DNA of 64,000 nt from Roseibacillus sp. (lineage in GTDB: Bacteria; Verrucomicrobiota; Verrucomicrobiia; Verrucomicrobiales; Akkermansiaceae). The translations under genes and the position numbers were made by a program. Shown in pieces: positions 8,145-17,828 of this stretch. The stretch spans positions 198,863 to 262,862 of the forward strand of contig JBPOGI010000007.1 of the NCBI GenBank assembly GCA_051251855.1, written 5' to 3'. The notes under the pieces are model-generated. The model was not told the origin of the DNA and searched no databases. It saw nothing but the letters and a program-made list of their open reading frames with translations. How positions within the stretch are numbered: the stretch's first letter is position 1; every line of letters starts with the position of its first letter.

Positions 8145-10562
8145 CTACCAAACCTTCTCGTCCCGCTCGTCGAAGGGCAACCAGATCAATGAGACCGAGA
8201 TGACCTCAATGTCTTTTTTATAAGGCTTCACCGACTCCTTCTCGAACTTCATGTGTAGTGGGTCAAAGTCTTTCTCCAGCTCCTTAACTTCTTCCTTCAG
8301 CTCCGCTTCCAGAAGCTCAACCTCCTCTTCGAGGCCGTCCACTTTACGCTCCGCCACCTTCACATCGGCACGCTGCTGATAGGCCCGAGACGCTGAAGTC
8401 ACCGTACTGCTCCTCGACTTCCTCCCACCAAGCAAGGCTCCTAAAATACCTCCCACAATCTTGGCACCCGTCTGCATGGTCGCGGAGTGCGCTTGCGCTT
8501 TCTCCTTATCCAATGCCAACTCCGCCCGCTCAAGCTGTCCCTCTTTCGTCTTCAACTTCTTCTCATACTTATCACGTAGCTTTTCGACCGCTTCGTCACG
8601 CGCTTCCCGAGCCTTTAGCTGAAGCCGTGCTCGAAAGTCCCCTTCCCCCTCGCCCATCTGGGAATACTCATCGAGCTCATCACAGAAAAACAGCTCCACC
8701 CGCTCATTGCGATAGAGCCAATCCTCGAACTCGTCCTCCACCGGTTTGTAATTATCCGCGTTCATCGCAAAACCAGGGAGATTAGCAAATCCAGCTCCCT
8801 TGCGAGGCTCAGACTTCAAACTCTTCAAGGGCACCGTGCAGCCGCAGTCTTCCTCCCAATCAATTCCCTGCTCCTCGATCGGATTCACAAAGCGAATCAA
8901 GCGCGAGCCCTCCATCTTCGCCTTGCTCGATGAAAAGTGAACCTCCGCCTCCCGCAACAAAGCCGGGCGATACTCCACCCCATCTCCCTCACCGGCAAAG
9001 GGCACAAAGTGCTCCTTCACTCCCTTGCCCACGAGAGGACGCTCGCCCTTGGGAGCTTCTGGTGCCGCCGCTTGACTCATCGCCATCGGATTGGCGCTCG
9101 CAACGACCTTCTGGGTCTTGGCGCCCTCAAAGAGACTTCGCTTGGGGTCCATCAAAGTCTTAATCTGACGGCGCGTGAGCGGCCCTCGCAGATAACTCAT
9201 CACCCAACGCACATGAAACACCGTCGGCGCTCCGTCGTGGACATTGTTCATCAAAAAGACCCTCCCCTTCAGCCCCGAAAGCAACTCACTCACCCTCGAA
9301 CGGTCAAAGTTCCCTCCCCCCTCATTCATAGCCCCCTCCAAACCATCCAATACACGCATCTTATCGCGCTCGGTTTGCAACCGACCCAACCACCATGTTC
9401 CGATGTTAGACAACGCTTTGTAATCGAGGTCCACCGGGTTCTGGGTCGCCACCAAGACTCCCAGACCAAAAGCACGCGCCTGCTTCAGCATGGTCATCAA
9501 AGGCTTCTTACTGGGTGGATTAGAGACCGGCGGCAAGTAGCCATAAATCTCATCAATATAAAGCATCGCCCGCAAGCTCGTCGTTCCACTCTGCGCCCGC
9601 ATCCAACCCAACATCTGATTGAGCAACAACGAGACAAAGAACATCCGCTCTGTATCACTCAAATGTGCAATCGAGAAAATCGAGACCCGCGCCTTGCCCT
9701 CCGGAGTATACATCATGCGCTGAATATCCAACGGAGGCCCCTCCAACCAAGTCGAGAACCCAGGGCTTGCTAACAAGTTATTAAACTTAAGAGCCAACTT
9801 CTGTCGGTCCTTTTCCCCATAAAAACTCTCCACATCAATGACTCCAACTTTCCCAAATTGCGGCCGCTGAATATTCCGAATCAACCCCTCTAACGAGAGG
9901 CTCTCCTCATTCCTCCAACAATGCTGAAAAATCGCGCCCAACAAAACCGCTTCCGGACTCTGAATCGGATCCGCATCCACTCCCACCAGGGACAACAATG
10001 AAGACACCGTGCTCTCGATGCGCTCCCCTAACAACTCACCATCATCCATGACCTCAAAAGGAGGCACGTCCAACGAGCTCAAAATTGAAACAGGAATGCC
10101 CGCCTTACTCCCCGGCGTAAAGACATTGATATCCACCTTATCCCGCATCTGCTGCACCCGCTCCCCGCTCTGCCCCCATTCCGCGATGCCATTCTTCCAC
10201 ATCTCCGCAACCCCGGAAGCAAACTCCGGAACGGTCTTCCCCTTCTTGCGTGCATCATCCTCATTCACCCAAGGCTCGTAGTCCGAACCCTGAAAATTCG
10301 GGAAAGTCAGCATCAAGTTCGGAATATCACCCTTTGGATCAATCACGATGGCCGGAATATTATCCATCGCCGCCTCTTCCAGCAACCCGATGCAAAGCCC
10401 GGTCTTACCCGACCCCGTCATTCCCAGGACCGCCCCGTGAGTCACCAAGTCCTTGGAGTCATAGAGAGTGAGATTGTCCTCCAACTCTCCCTTCGCGAGG
10501 TCATATCCTCGTCCAAGGTAAAACTTCCCCAACTTCTCGTAATCCGAAACAGCAATATCCAT
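8145..10562 (-). CDS. HerA/FtsK-superfamily P-loop ATPase (DUF87-like) with long C-terminal coiled-coil tail
   Basis: Walker A is GMTGSGKTG. Walker B-like is AMLYIDEIYGY. VLVATQNPVDLD is typical of HerA-like ATPases. The last ~200 aa are a heptad-rich Lys/Glu coiled coil with an embedded Gly-rich hydrophobic patch (IVGGILGALLGG). Confidence 0.7.
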   Translation of the reverse strand: MDIAVSDYEKLGKFYLGRGYDLAKGELEDNLTLYDSKDLVTHGAVLGMTGSGKTGLCIGLLEEAAMDNIPAIVIDPKGDIPNLMLTFPNFQGSDYEPWVNEDDARKKGKTVPEFASGVAEMWKNGIAEWGQSGERVQQMRDKVDINVFTPGSKAGIPVSILSSLDVPPFEVMDDGELLGERIESTVSSLLSLVGVDADPIQSPEAVLLGAIFQHCWRNEESLSLEGLIRNIQRPQFGKVGVIDVESFYGEKDRQKLALKFNNLLASPGFSTWLEGPPLDIQRMMYTPEGKARVSIFSIAHLSDTERMFFVSLLLNQMLGWMRAQSGTTSLRAMLYIDEIYGYLPPVSNPPSKKPLMTMLKQARAFGLGVLVATQNPVDLDYKALSNIGTWWLGRLQTERDKMRVLDGLEGAMNEGGGNFDRSRVSELLSGLKGRVFLMNNVHDGAPTVFHVRWVMSYLRGPLTRRQIKTLMDPKRSLFEGAKTQKVVASANPMAMSQAAAPEAPKGERPLVGKGVKEHFVPFAGEGDGVEYRPALLREAEVHFSSSKAKMEGSRLIRFVNPIEEQGIDWEEDCGCTVPLKSLKSEPRKGAGFANLPGFAMNADNYKPVEDEFEDWLYRNERVELFFCDELDEYSQMGEGEGDFRARLQLKAREARDEAVEKLRDKYEKKLKTKEGQLERAELALDKEKAQAHSATMQTGAKIVGGILGALLGGRKSRSSTVTSASRAYQQRADVKVAERKVDGLEEEVELLEAELKEEVKELEKDFDPLHMKFEKESVKPYKKDIEVISVSLIWLPFDERDEKVW

Positions 10563-10722
10563 TCCCTAGGCTGTCGCGAAATCGCCAAAAGAGAAACCAA
10601 AAATCGTGAATGCTTCTGCCCCCCGCCTCCCAGAATTTCGAATAGCCCTTCACTAATCCGAAATACCGCAGCCTTTCAAAAGGACCCTTTTTCTGTTAGT
10701 TTCATTGGAACAACAATCACCT

Positions 10723-13467
10723 ATGAAAGCGCTCTTCTCTCTTCTCGTTGGCCTTTCCAGCCTTCCGCTCATTGCCCAAGAATGCCTCGACTTTGAGGAC
10801 TTCTCTCTAGGGAGCGCCTTAAGCGGCAGCTCAGAAACCATTTCCTTCAGCACCACCTTTCTAGCTCAGCCCGTCTCCCTACCGGGCGGAGGAACGACCA
10901 GCGGAGGAAGTGTTTCGGTCGGCAACGCCATTGCGGCTCTCGGTTCCGGCCAGGCGCTTAATGTGAACAATGCCGCGATCGAAATCTGTCTTCCTGGTCT
11001 CAAGGAGGTTTCCTTCCGCTTCAGCAATCAGGGGGGATACTTCAACTTCTCAATCGATGGCTCTCCCGTTGCGATTCCCGCCAACGAGACTGGCTCCCTC
11101 TCGCTCAATGGCGTCGACATTACCATCACAGGTTCGAAACCTAACAACCGACTCACTGGGGAAATTACCCTCGTCGCACAAAGCGGAACCTTTGGTTGTT
11201 TTTCAGTCGGAGGCCAAGAACTCCAGATCGATGACATCTGCTTCCTCACGTGCGAGAATCCACAAAGTCCCGACAGTGCGGTCCCCGGCATCAGTTGCGT
11301 CGAATTCGAAAGCCTCGACAAACAAGGACCATACCCCTTCGGCAGTAGCTATCTCGAAAACGGAATCCTCTTCAAGGTCAAGGACCACGACGGTCAATTC
11401 AACAGCGCCAAATCCTCCACCCAACACCTCGCCGGTCACCTCGGGTTAGAATGGCAATTTGACCATGCTGGCTTCACGGTCGATTCCGATTGTTGGAGCG
11501 GTATCAAATTCAATTTCTACACCAAGGATCCCGTGATTATGGTCGTGAACGGGGTCATGGTCACCGGAGCTAATCTCACCAGCTTGCACAACACCTTATT
11601 CGGCGACGTTCTCCTCACTATCATTGACGATCCCGATATCTCGGGGGGCGGTATCGCTTGCCTCACTGGCCGCATCGAGTCTCTTGAACTCACCGGTGAA
11701 GACCTCTATCTCGATCACTTTTGTGCCGCCGATTGTTTGCGCGATTGCATCGACTTTGAGGGCGAGAGCAGCGGCCAAAAATACCTCAAAGATGATACCA
11801 TCACCGAAGATGGTTTCGTCCTCGAAATTCTCGATCCCCTCGGCAACGGTGAACCTGCTCAAATCTCTACTCAAAATCTGGCTGGTGGCGGAGGAAAAGA
11901 ATTGGTCCTCGTCGAAGGCGAAATTTCCTTCGGCAAATACTGTTTCCAAGGTCTCACTTTTCAATACGGCCAGTTCGACGACGGCATCCGTCTCATCGTG
12001 GACGAGAGCGAAGTCGAAGTGACCGACATCAGTGATTTGGACGGCCTCACCGTAGGCGGCATGACCATCGAAGTCTTTGTAGTGCAAAGCAATGGAGGCA
12101 ACGAACGTGGCGTCGTTCGGATGACCGGAGCCGCCTCCAAGATTTTCCTACTCGCCAACGGAGTCGCCATTGACCGCGTTTGCATCGACGAGTGCCCTGA
12201 CCCGCTGGTCGTTGCGTTCGACGAAGAGCCTCTCGATGAAGTCTTTGAAGAAGGCGACACTTTCGGAGAGGACGTTCTTGAATTCGAAGTTTGCCCCCTT
12301 CGCATCAATGACGTCGGAACCGCGACCATCACAGGCGACAACCAAACCGGCGGCACAGGCCAAGCAGTGGCCCTCAGTTTTGCCACCCTCAAGTTCGACC
12401 TCCTCTGCGCCTCTCAGCTCAGTTTTCAATTCGCCAACTTTGGAGCCAACGGTGGACCGCAAGGCTTTGGGGTCGACGTCCGCCTCAATATCAACGGCGA
12501 CAGCTCCGGTCTTGTGCAGGGGTTCCCTGAACTTCATGGTGACACCATCGGTGGTGCCTCCATCATTGTGACTGGAACCGCGAGCTCCGGTCGCGTCACC
12601 ATTACCGGAAACATCGAGAGCATTATCGTCGGCGGCTTCAATATCCAGCTCGACAACATTATCCAGACTCCCTTCCAGGGTGGCCCGCAGTGCCACGACT
12701 TTAACACTTGGAACCCGTCTCTCACCTACGGCCTTTTCGAAGAAAACTTCGTCACTTTAACCGATGGCACGGGTGCGTTTTTCAACTCGTTCATCGACTT
12801 GAACAGCAACTTTATAGATGGAACCGCGACCATCACCAATACTCAGACTGCCGGAGGAAGTGGCCGCGAATTGACTCTCAACGGCGCGGTGATGTCAATT
12901 GCCCCCCTCCTCGGCGACTGGGCTGATGTCTCCTTCCGCTTCCGTGAAGCTGGTTCGGCAGCCACCCGCGAAGTCTCGCTCTACGTCAACGGAGAGGAAG
13001 AGATTTTCGCTCGCATTGACGACCTTGATGGACACGTCTTCCGAGCCGGCACCAGCCTCGAGGTCACCGCGCGCGTCTTGAGTGTAGAAGAAAACGGACG
13101 CCTCCTGGGCATCGTCAAACTTGAGGGAATTCTCGACAGCATCTACATCGGTGGCGAAGCCCTCACCATCGACGACCTCTGCGGAACGCAACAACCCGCC
13201 CCCGTTTATATCGATAGCTGGGTGGTCAGTGTGGAAGAAACTTCTCCTAACATCATCACTTATGTCTGGGACATCGAAGCCCTCAATGTTCAGACATCAG
13301 ACTTTCTCATCCGAAGGAACGACGACCTTGGCACCTTTGGCCCCTTTTCCGGTAGCCAGCGAACGGTGACCAGCCACGGTGCCGGAACAAATCTTTACCG
13401 CATCACTGAGACCCAACCCATCGATACCGCGAAGCGATTTTACCGCGTTGCGTTGAGAGCCTTTTAA
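10723..13467 (+). CDS. Secreted protein built from five tandem Cys-bracketed modules of unknown fold
   Basis: The track ORF starts at TTG 10705. ATG 10723 gives signal peptide MKALFSLLVGLSSLPLIAQE. Module starts are CLDFEDF, CVEFESL, CIDFEGE and CHDFNTW. Module ends are IDDIC, LDHFC, IDRVC and IDDLC. The C-terminus is ...RFYRVALRAF. Confidence 0.7.
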   Translation: MKALFSLLVGLSSLPLIAQECLDFEDFSLGSALSGSSETISFSTTFLAQPVSLPGGGTTSGGSVSVGNAIAALGSGQALNVNNAAIEICLPGLKEVSFRFSNQGGYFNFSIDGSPVAIPANETGSLSLNGVDITITGSKPNNRLTGEITLVAQSGTFGCFSVGGQELQIDDICFLTCENPQSPDSAVPGISCVEFESLDKQGPYPFGSSYLENGILFKVKDHDGQFNSAKSSTQHLAGHLGLEWQFDHAGFTVDSDCWSGIKFNFYTKDPVIMVVNGVMVTGANLTSLHNTLFGDVLLTIIDDPDISGGGIACLTGRIESLELTGEDLYLDHFCAADCLRDCIDFEGESSGQKYLKDDTITEDGFVLEILDPLGNGEPAQISTQNLAGGGGKELVLVEGEISFGKYCFQGLTFQYGQFDDGIRLIVDESEVEVTDISDLDGLTVGGMTIEVFVVQSNGGNERGVVRMTGAASKIFLLANGVAIDRVCIDECPDPLVVAFDEEPLDEVFEEGDTFGEDVLEFEVCPLRINDVGTATITGDNQTGGTGQAVALSFATLKFDLLCASQLSFQFANFGANGGPQGFGVDVRLNINGDSSGLVQGFPELHGDTIGGASIIVTGTASSGRVTITGNIESIIVGGFNIQLDNIIQTPFQGGPQCHDFNTWNPSLTYGLFEENFVTLTDGTGAFFNSFIDLNSNFIDGTATITNTQTAGGSGRELTLNGAVMSIAPLLGDWADVSFRFREAGSAATREVSLYVNGEEEIFARIDDLDGHVFRAGTSLEVTARVLSVEENGRLLGIVKLEGILDSIYIGGEALTIDDLCGTQQPAPVYIDSWVVSVEETSPNIITYVWDIEALNVQTSDFLIRRNDDLGTFGPFSGSQRTVTSHGAGTNLYRITETQPIDTAKRFYRVALRAF

Positions 13468-13493
13468 GGAAAAACACTCCTCCAGCCCTGAAT

Positions 13494-14168
13494 TCAATCA
13501 GCCTCCGAGGCCTCGCCCTCACCCATGAGTGAACCCGCTTTGTCTTGGAGGCGTTGGAACAGATCGCTCGATTTCTGAGCCGCCTTTTCCTTCAGTTCCT
13601 CCTTCATCTTCTCTAGGCGACGAGATTTGAGAGCAATCTTCTGATCCTTTTTCGTCAACTCAACCTGTATGGGCTCATACCGTTCGTCAGTCACGACCAA
13701 TTCGTCCCATCGATAGGTCAGGTAATTCTCCGGGCCCACCATGGCTTTACTACGGCCAGAGTCCGACCGGAGCTCATACTTAACCGACCATGCTGGAATC
13801 AACGAATCCGAGAGAAAACGGAGACGAGCCTTGAAGAAGGTTTCATGAACAATGAACCCTCCAACAACCACAGCCATCAGTCCATAACCTATCAACCGCG
13901 CTGCAAAGTTTTCACGATGAAACTTCTTATGAGCTGCCCTTAAAGTTGGGCGCTCCCTTTTCTTACCGAACAAGGTCAAAAGCCCCCAGACCAACATCTC
14001 TACTAAAAGAACAACGAACTCTATCGCTACAATCAGGAGTTCCAAAATGACCGCAACAAAGTCGACTAAGAGAATAGGGAGCGCTTCGATTCCGTCCACG
14101 GTCTGAATTTGCTTCTCCAAACGACTCAAGTGAAGTCTCAAATTCGCATCAGACGAGGAAGGAAACAA
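13494..14168 (-). CDS. Hypothetical membrane protein
   Basis: 224-aa ORF with a TTG start and two long hydrophobic helices (LPILLVDFVAVILELLIVAIEFVVLLVEMLVWGLLTLF; LIGYGLMAVVVGGFIV). No family motif recognised. Confidence 0.45.
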   Translation of the reverse strand: MFPSSSDANLRLHLSRLEKQIQTVDGIEALPILLVDFVAVILELLIVAIEFVVLLVEMLVWGLLTLFGKKRERPTLRAAHKKFHRENFAARLIGYGLMAVVVGGFIVHETFFKARLRFLSDSLIPAWSVKYELRSDSGRSKAMVGPENYLTYRWDELVVTDERYEPIQVELTKKDQKIALKSRRLEKMKEELKEKAAQKSSDLFQRLQDKAGSLMGEGEASEAD

Positions 14169-14233
14169 AGCTCATGGCTAAGGAAGCGCTCACATCAGGA
14201 CCGTCAACCTTCACGTGAGTGCACCACCAGCTT

Positions 14234-15718
14234 CTAGAGACCCAACTGCAGCTGATAGAAGAGTCGAGGCTCGCTGGGGTCAAAGGCACCCAACTCTCTC
14301 CGAGTGATCCCGTATCGAGGATAACTATACGGTCCATATTCGTTATCCGAGGAAGTCATCGGTAAGGAAGCCTTCTCGCGCACTCGGAACTGAGTCACGC
14401 TTCCTTTCAGGGCATAAAGCACCACCATACCGTCCTCAATGCGCAGCTCAGGAATATCAGGAAGCGAGGGAATCACGGTCAATTCGGCATCCTCATCCCA
14501 TATCGCCACATCATTCGAAATCCCCTTAGATAGCTCCCATCCTCGCGAAAACCCACCGCCGACGAAAACTCGATCATTACCATCGATTCCGATACAATTG
14601 ACGATTTGCGAACCAGTGGAGCCCAGTCCCGATCCCATCGACTTCCAAGAACCGCTATCATTCCAATACGCAACATGATTCGCATCGCCCACTGCTCCGC
14701 CAACGGTCGTCTGAATATCGCCCCCGACATAAACCTTCCCCGTAGAATCAATTTCTAAATCATAGACGCCATCCGCCACGAAAGTGAGACCATTCGATTG
14801 CTCGTAGTCTGGTCCAAAACCGCCGTCCAACCCATCCCATGTCCCTGTCAAAGGGTCGTAAGCCGCCACATCCCCAGCAGCCAGATTCGATGCTCCCACG
14901 GTGCTGAAACTGCCTCCCACAAAAATCCGTCCATCAGGATGTCTTGCCATCGTGCGAATGACTCCCGATCCCCCGATATCCACCCCTCCCGCATAGGTGC
15001 TCCAAGCTGAACCATCCCAACGCTTAAAGCCATCCGCAGTCCGAGTCGCTGCCAATAAGTCCCCGTTGGGAAGAATCAACAAGTCATCCACAATCCCGCC
15101 AGTGCCAGTTCCGATGGCCTCCCAGGTCCCGGTGCTCACACTATTCCCCGCCCCCAATTCGTAGCGCAAAATGTAGCGCTCATTCGTGGGGTTCGCTCCA
15201 TTGGTGAAATTGCCTCCGACATAAATGTAATTGGCATCGCTCGCGATAGCCAACACTCGGCCATCCACAGGACCATTGTCCCAATCGTCATTCGCTAGAT
15301 TCGAGCTCGGATCAAAGAGAGCTTCCCAAGTATTGTTCGTGGGATTGAATCTTACAATTCGCCGCGCCTCCGTTTCAGCAGGGAAAGCAAAGTTCCCCCC
15401 AAAGAAAATGAAGCCATTCGCATCTTCATAAATCTCATCAACCCGACCACCAATATCCTGAAAGACATTGGGCACATCGAGTCCCGGCACATTCTCCCAC
15501 TGCTCGGTCGCATAATTGTAGCGAGTCAAATCCTCTTCATTCGCATTTCCCCCGGCCGAAATCAAAAGCCCTCCCATATAGAGATGAGTATCGGTGCTCA
15601 GCATCGCAAAAGGCTCTCCTCGATGATCGGTTTCATCATAGAACCAATGCTGGTCATCAGCAACTTGGGCAGACAGAGAAGTCACAAGCGAGGCCGTGAA
15701 GATAAGAGACAATTTCAT
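14234..15718 (-). CDS. Secreted beta-propeller repeat protein (DUF5122/delta-60-like repeats)
   Basis: ORF trimmed to ATG 15718, giving signal peptide MKLSLIFTASLVTSLSAQ. A repeat motif recurs every ~50-60 aa (IFFGGNF, IYVGGNF, IFVGGSF, VYVGGDI, VFVGGGF). Confidence 0.6.
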   Translation of the reverse strand: MKLSLIFTASLVTSLSAQVADDQHWFYDETDHRGEPFAMLSTDTHLYMGGLLISAGGNANEEDLTRYNYATEQWENVPGLDVPNVFQDIGGRVDEIYEDANGFIFFGGNFAFPAETEARRIVRFNPTNNTWEALFDPSSNLANDDWDNGPVDGRVLAIASDANYIYVGGNFTNGANPTNERYILRYELGAGNSVSTGTWEAIGTGTGGIVDDLLILPNGDLLAATRTADGFKRWDGSAWSTYAGGVDIGGSGVIRTMARHPDGRIFVGGSFSTVGASNLAAGDVAAYDPLTGTWDGLDGGFGPDYEQSNGLTFVADGVYDLEIDSTGKVYVGGDIQTTVGGAVGDANHVAYWNDSGSWKSMGSGLGSTGSQIVNCIGIDGNDRVFVGGGFSRGWELSKGISNDVAIWDEDAELTVIPSLPDIPELRIEDGMVVLYALKGSVTQFRVREKASLPMTSSDNEYGPYSYPRYGITRRELGAFDPSEPRLFYQLQLGL

Positions 15719-15902
15719 AAAATAGAGCGGTTGTTGTAAAAAGAAGCTGCAAAAGACAGCTTCCTCATCCTCTACTAGCGAAGTTTCCACCCTAAAATTA
15801 CAGAAAAAGTTCGGATTTTTTCCTAACCATCCGCGAACGAAGTCGAAATGAACAAACAAAACCTTTGCGCTCGTCGCACTCTTTGAGGTGAATAAACACT
15901 CG

Positions 15903-17003
15903 ATGCCCTCCCCGCCACGCGCTTGCGCCGAGATTGACCTCTCAGCCCTCGACCATAATCTCGCCTTCGCTCGTCGTCATTCCGGCCAGCAAGTCATGGC
16001 TGTATTGAAGGCTGGAGCCTACGGACACGGCCTCTCCAAACTCGCCAAACACCTCGACAACCAAAGCCTCCCCTACTTTGGCGTCGCCAATGTTCATGAA
16101 GCCCGCCTCCTGGCTGACGACGGAATTCAGACTCCCATCTACCTCCTTGGAGCCTCCTTCCCGGAAGAACGCGAAGAGATCGTGCAACGTGGCTGGACCC
16201 CTTGCCTCTCCTCCCTCGCAGAAATTGACGACTTCTCACAGCTCTGCACCAAACAGGAAAAAGTCCTCTCAGCACACCTCGCTATCGATACTGGCATGGG
16301 TCGCGGTGGTTTCCTCCCCGGAAAAGTCGCCAGCGCCCTCGACCACCTCGCCCTTCCTCAAAACAAGTCAATCCAGCTAAAAGGAGTCGGCTCTCACCTT
16401 CCCTCCGCTGACGAAGACGAAACCTTCACCAAAGCACAATTCGACACCTTCGACCAACTCGTCACCGAACACTTTTCCCAAGAGCGGAACTTTCACATCC
16501 ACCTCTCTAACAGCGCCGGACTCCTCGACTACCAATCTAGGACTACCAATCTCATACGCCCCGGCCTCATGCTCTACGGAGTCTCCCCGCTACCCGATTG
16601 GCAAAAGGAGTTACGCCCCGTCATGTCGCTGAAGTCCCGCGTCTCCCTCGTCCGTAGTCTCCCCGCTGGCCACGGCGTCAGCTACGGTCGCACCAGCATT
16701 CTCGAAAGAGACACCGCTGTCGCCACCATCGGCGTTGGCTATGGCGACGGCTATCCCCGCAACGTCTCCGGTCAAGGAGCCCACATCCTCATCAACGGCC
16801 AAAAAGCCCCCCTCCTCGGTCGCGTCACTATGGACCAAATCATGGCCGACGTCTCCCACCTCCCCAGCTGCCAGCCAGGTGACGAAGTCGAGCTCTTCGG
16901 CCCCAACCTCCCCGTTGCCCAAGTGGCCGACTGGGCCAACACCATCCCCTGGGAAGTCCTCACCCGCATCACCCCTAGGGTCTCACGCCAGTATTCGTCC
17001 TAA
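15903..17003 (+). CDS. alr: Alanine racemase
   Basis: PLP-lysine motif AVLKAGAYGHG with colinear alr-like sequence through the C-terminal domain (VSYG...GYGDGYPR...GRVTMDQ). GTG 15888 is an alternative start. Confidence 0.88.
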   Translation: MPSPPRACAEIDLSALDHNLAFARRHSGQQVMAVLKAGAYGHGLSKLAKHLDNQSLPYFGVANVHEARLLADDGIQTPIYLLGASFPEEREEIVQRGWTPCLSSLAEIDDFSQLCTKQEKVLSAHLAIDTGMGRGGFLPGKVASALDHLALPQNKSIQLKGVGSHLPSADEDETFTKAQFDTFDQLVTEHFSQERNFHIHLSNSAGLLDYQSRTTNLIRPGLMLYGVSPLPDWQKELRPVMSLKSRVSLVRSLPAGHGVSYGRTSILERDTAVATIGVGYGDGYPRNVSGQGAHILINGQKAPLLGRVTMDQIMADVSHLPSCQPGDEVELFGPNLPVAQVADWANTIPWEVLTRITPRVSRQYSS

Positions 17004-17081
17004 GCAACCCTGCTCCAATTTCCTCCATAGATTTTTCGTTTTTCGTTTTTCGTTCTCCCGTTCCCAGCCTAGAACCCCCTC

Positions 17082-17816
17082 ATGAATTTAACAGTCACCG
17101 GACGCACCGGACGCATGGGCCAATCCGTTATCGCCGCCATCGAGGCCGAGCCCAACGCCAGCCTTCACTCCACTCACGACAAAGGCGAAGACCTTCCTGC
17201 CGCCCTCGCAGGCTCCCAAGGGGTCATCGACTTCACCCTACCCAGCCTCACCGACGACCTTCTCGAAAAAGCCCTCGCCGCCGGCACCCCACTCATCATC
17301 GGCACCACAGGCCACACCGACGAGCAACGCGCCGCAATTGCCAAGGCCGCCGAAACCCTCCCCATCGTCTTCGCCTCCAACTACTCAGTCGGCGTCAACA
17401 CCCTCTTCTGGCTCACCCGCCATGCCGCCCGTATTCTCGGCAACGAGACCTTCGACATCGAGGTCACCGAGATGCATCACCGCCACAAAGTGGATGCCCC
17501 CTCCGGCACCGCTCGCACTCTGCTGGAAGTCCTCAACGAAGAGACCAACACTTCCTACAAAGACGACATCGACCACGGCCGCTTCGGCGACACCGGTCCT
17601 CGTCCCCAAGGCCGTATCGGCATGCACACCCTTCGCGGTGGCGACGTGGTCGGCGACCACACCGTCATGTTTGCTGCCGACGGCGAGCGCGTAGAACTCA
17701 CCCACAAAGCCTCCTCGCGCATGACCTTCGCCAGCGGAGCCGTCCGCGCCGCCCTCTGGCTCGAAGGCAAGCCTCCCGGCCTCTACTCCATGCAGGACGT
17801 TCTCGGTTTGGCTTAA
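17082..17816 (+). CDS. dapB: 4-hydroxy-tetrahydrodipicolinate reductase
   Basis: The DapB signature EVTEMHHRHKVDAPSGTA is present, as is a C-terminal HKA.SR..FA.GA pattern. Confidence 0.9.
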   Translation: MNLTVTGRTGRMGQSVIAAIEAEPNASLHSTHDKGEDLPAALAGSQGVIDFTLPSLTDDLLEKALAAGTPLIIGTTGHTDEQRAAIAKAAETLPIVFASNYSVGVNTLFWLTRHAARILGNETFDIEVTEMHHRHKVDAPSGTARTLLEVLNEETNTSYKDDIDHGRFGDTGPRPQGRIGMHTLRGGDVVGDHTVMFAADGERVELTHKASSRMTFASGAVRAALWLEGKPPGLYSMQDVLGLA

Positions 17817-17828
17817 AGAACTCTCCTC

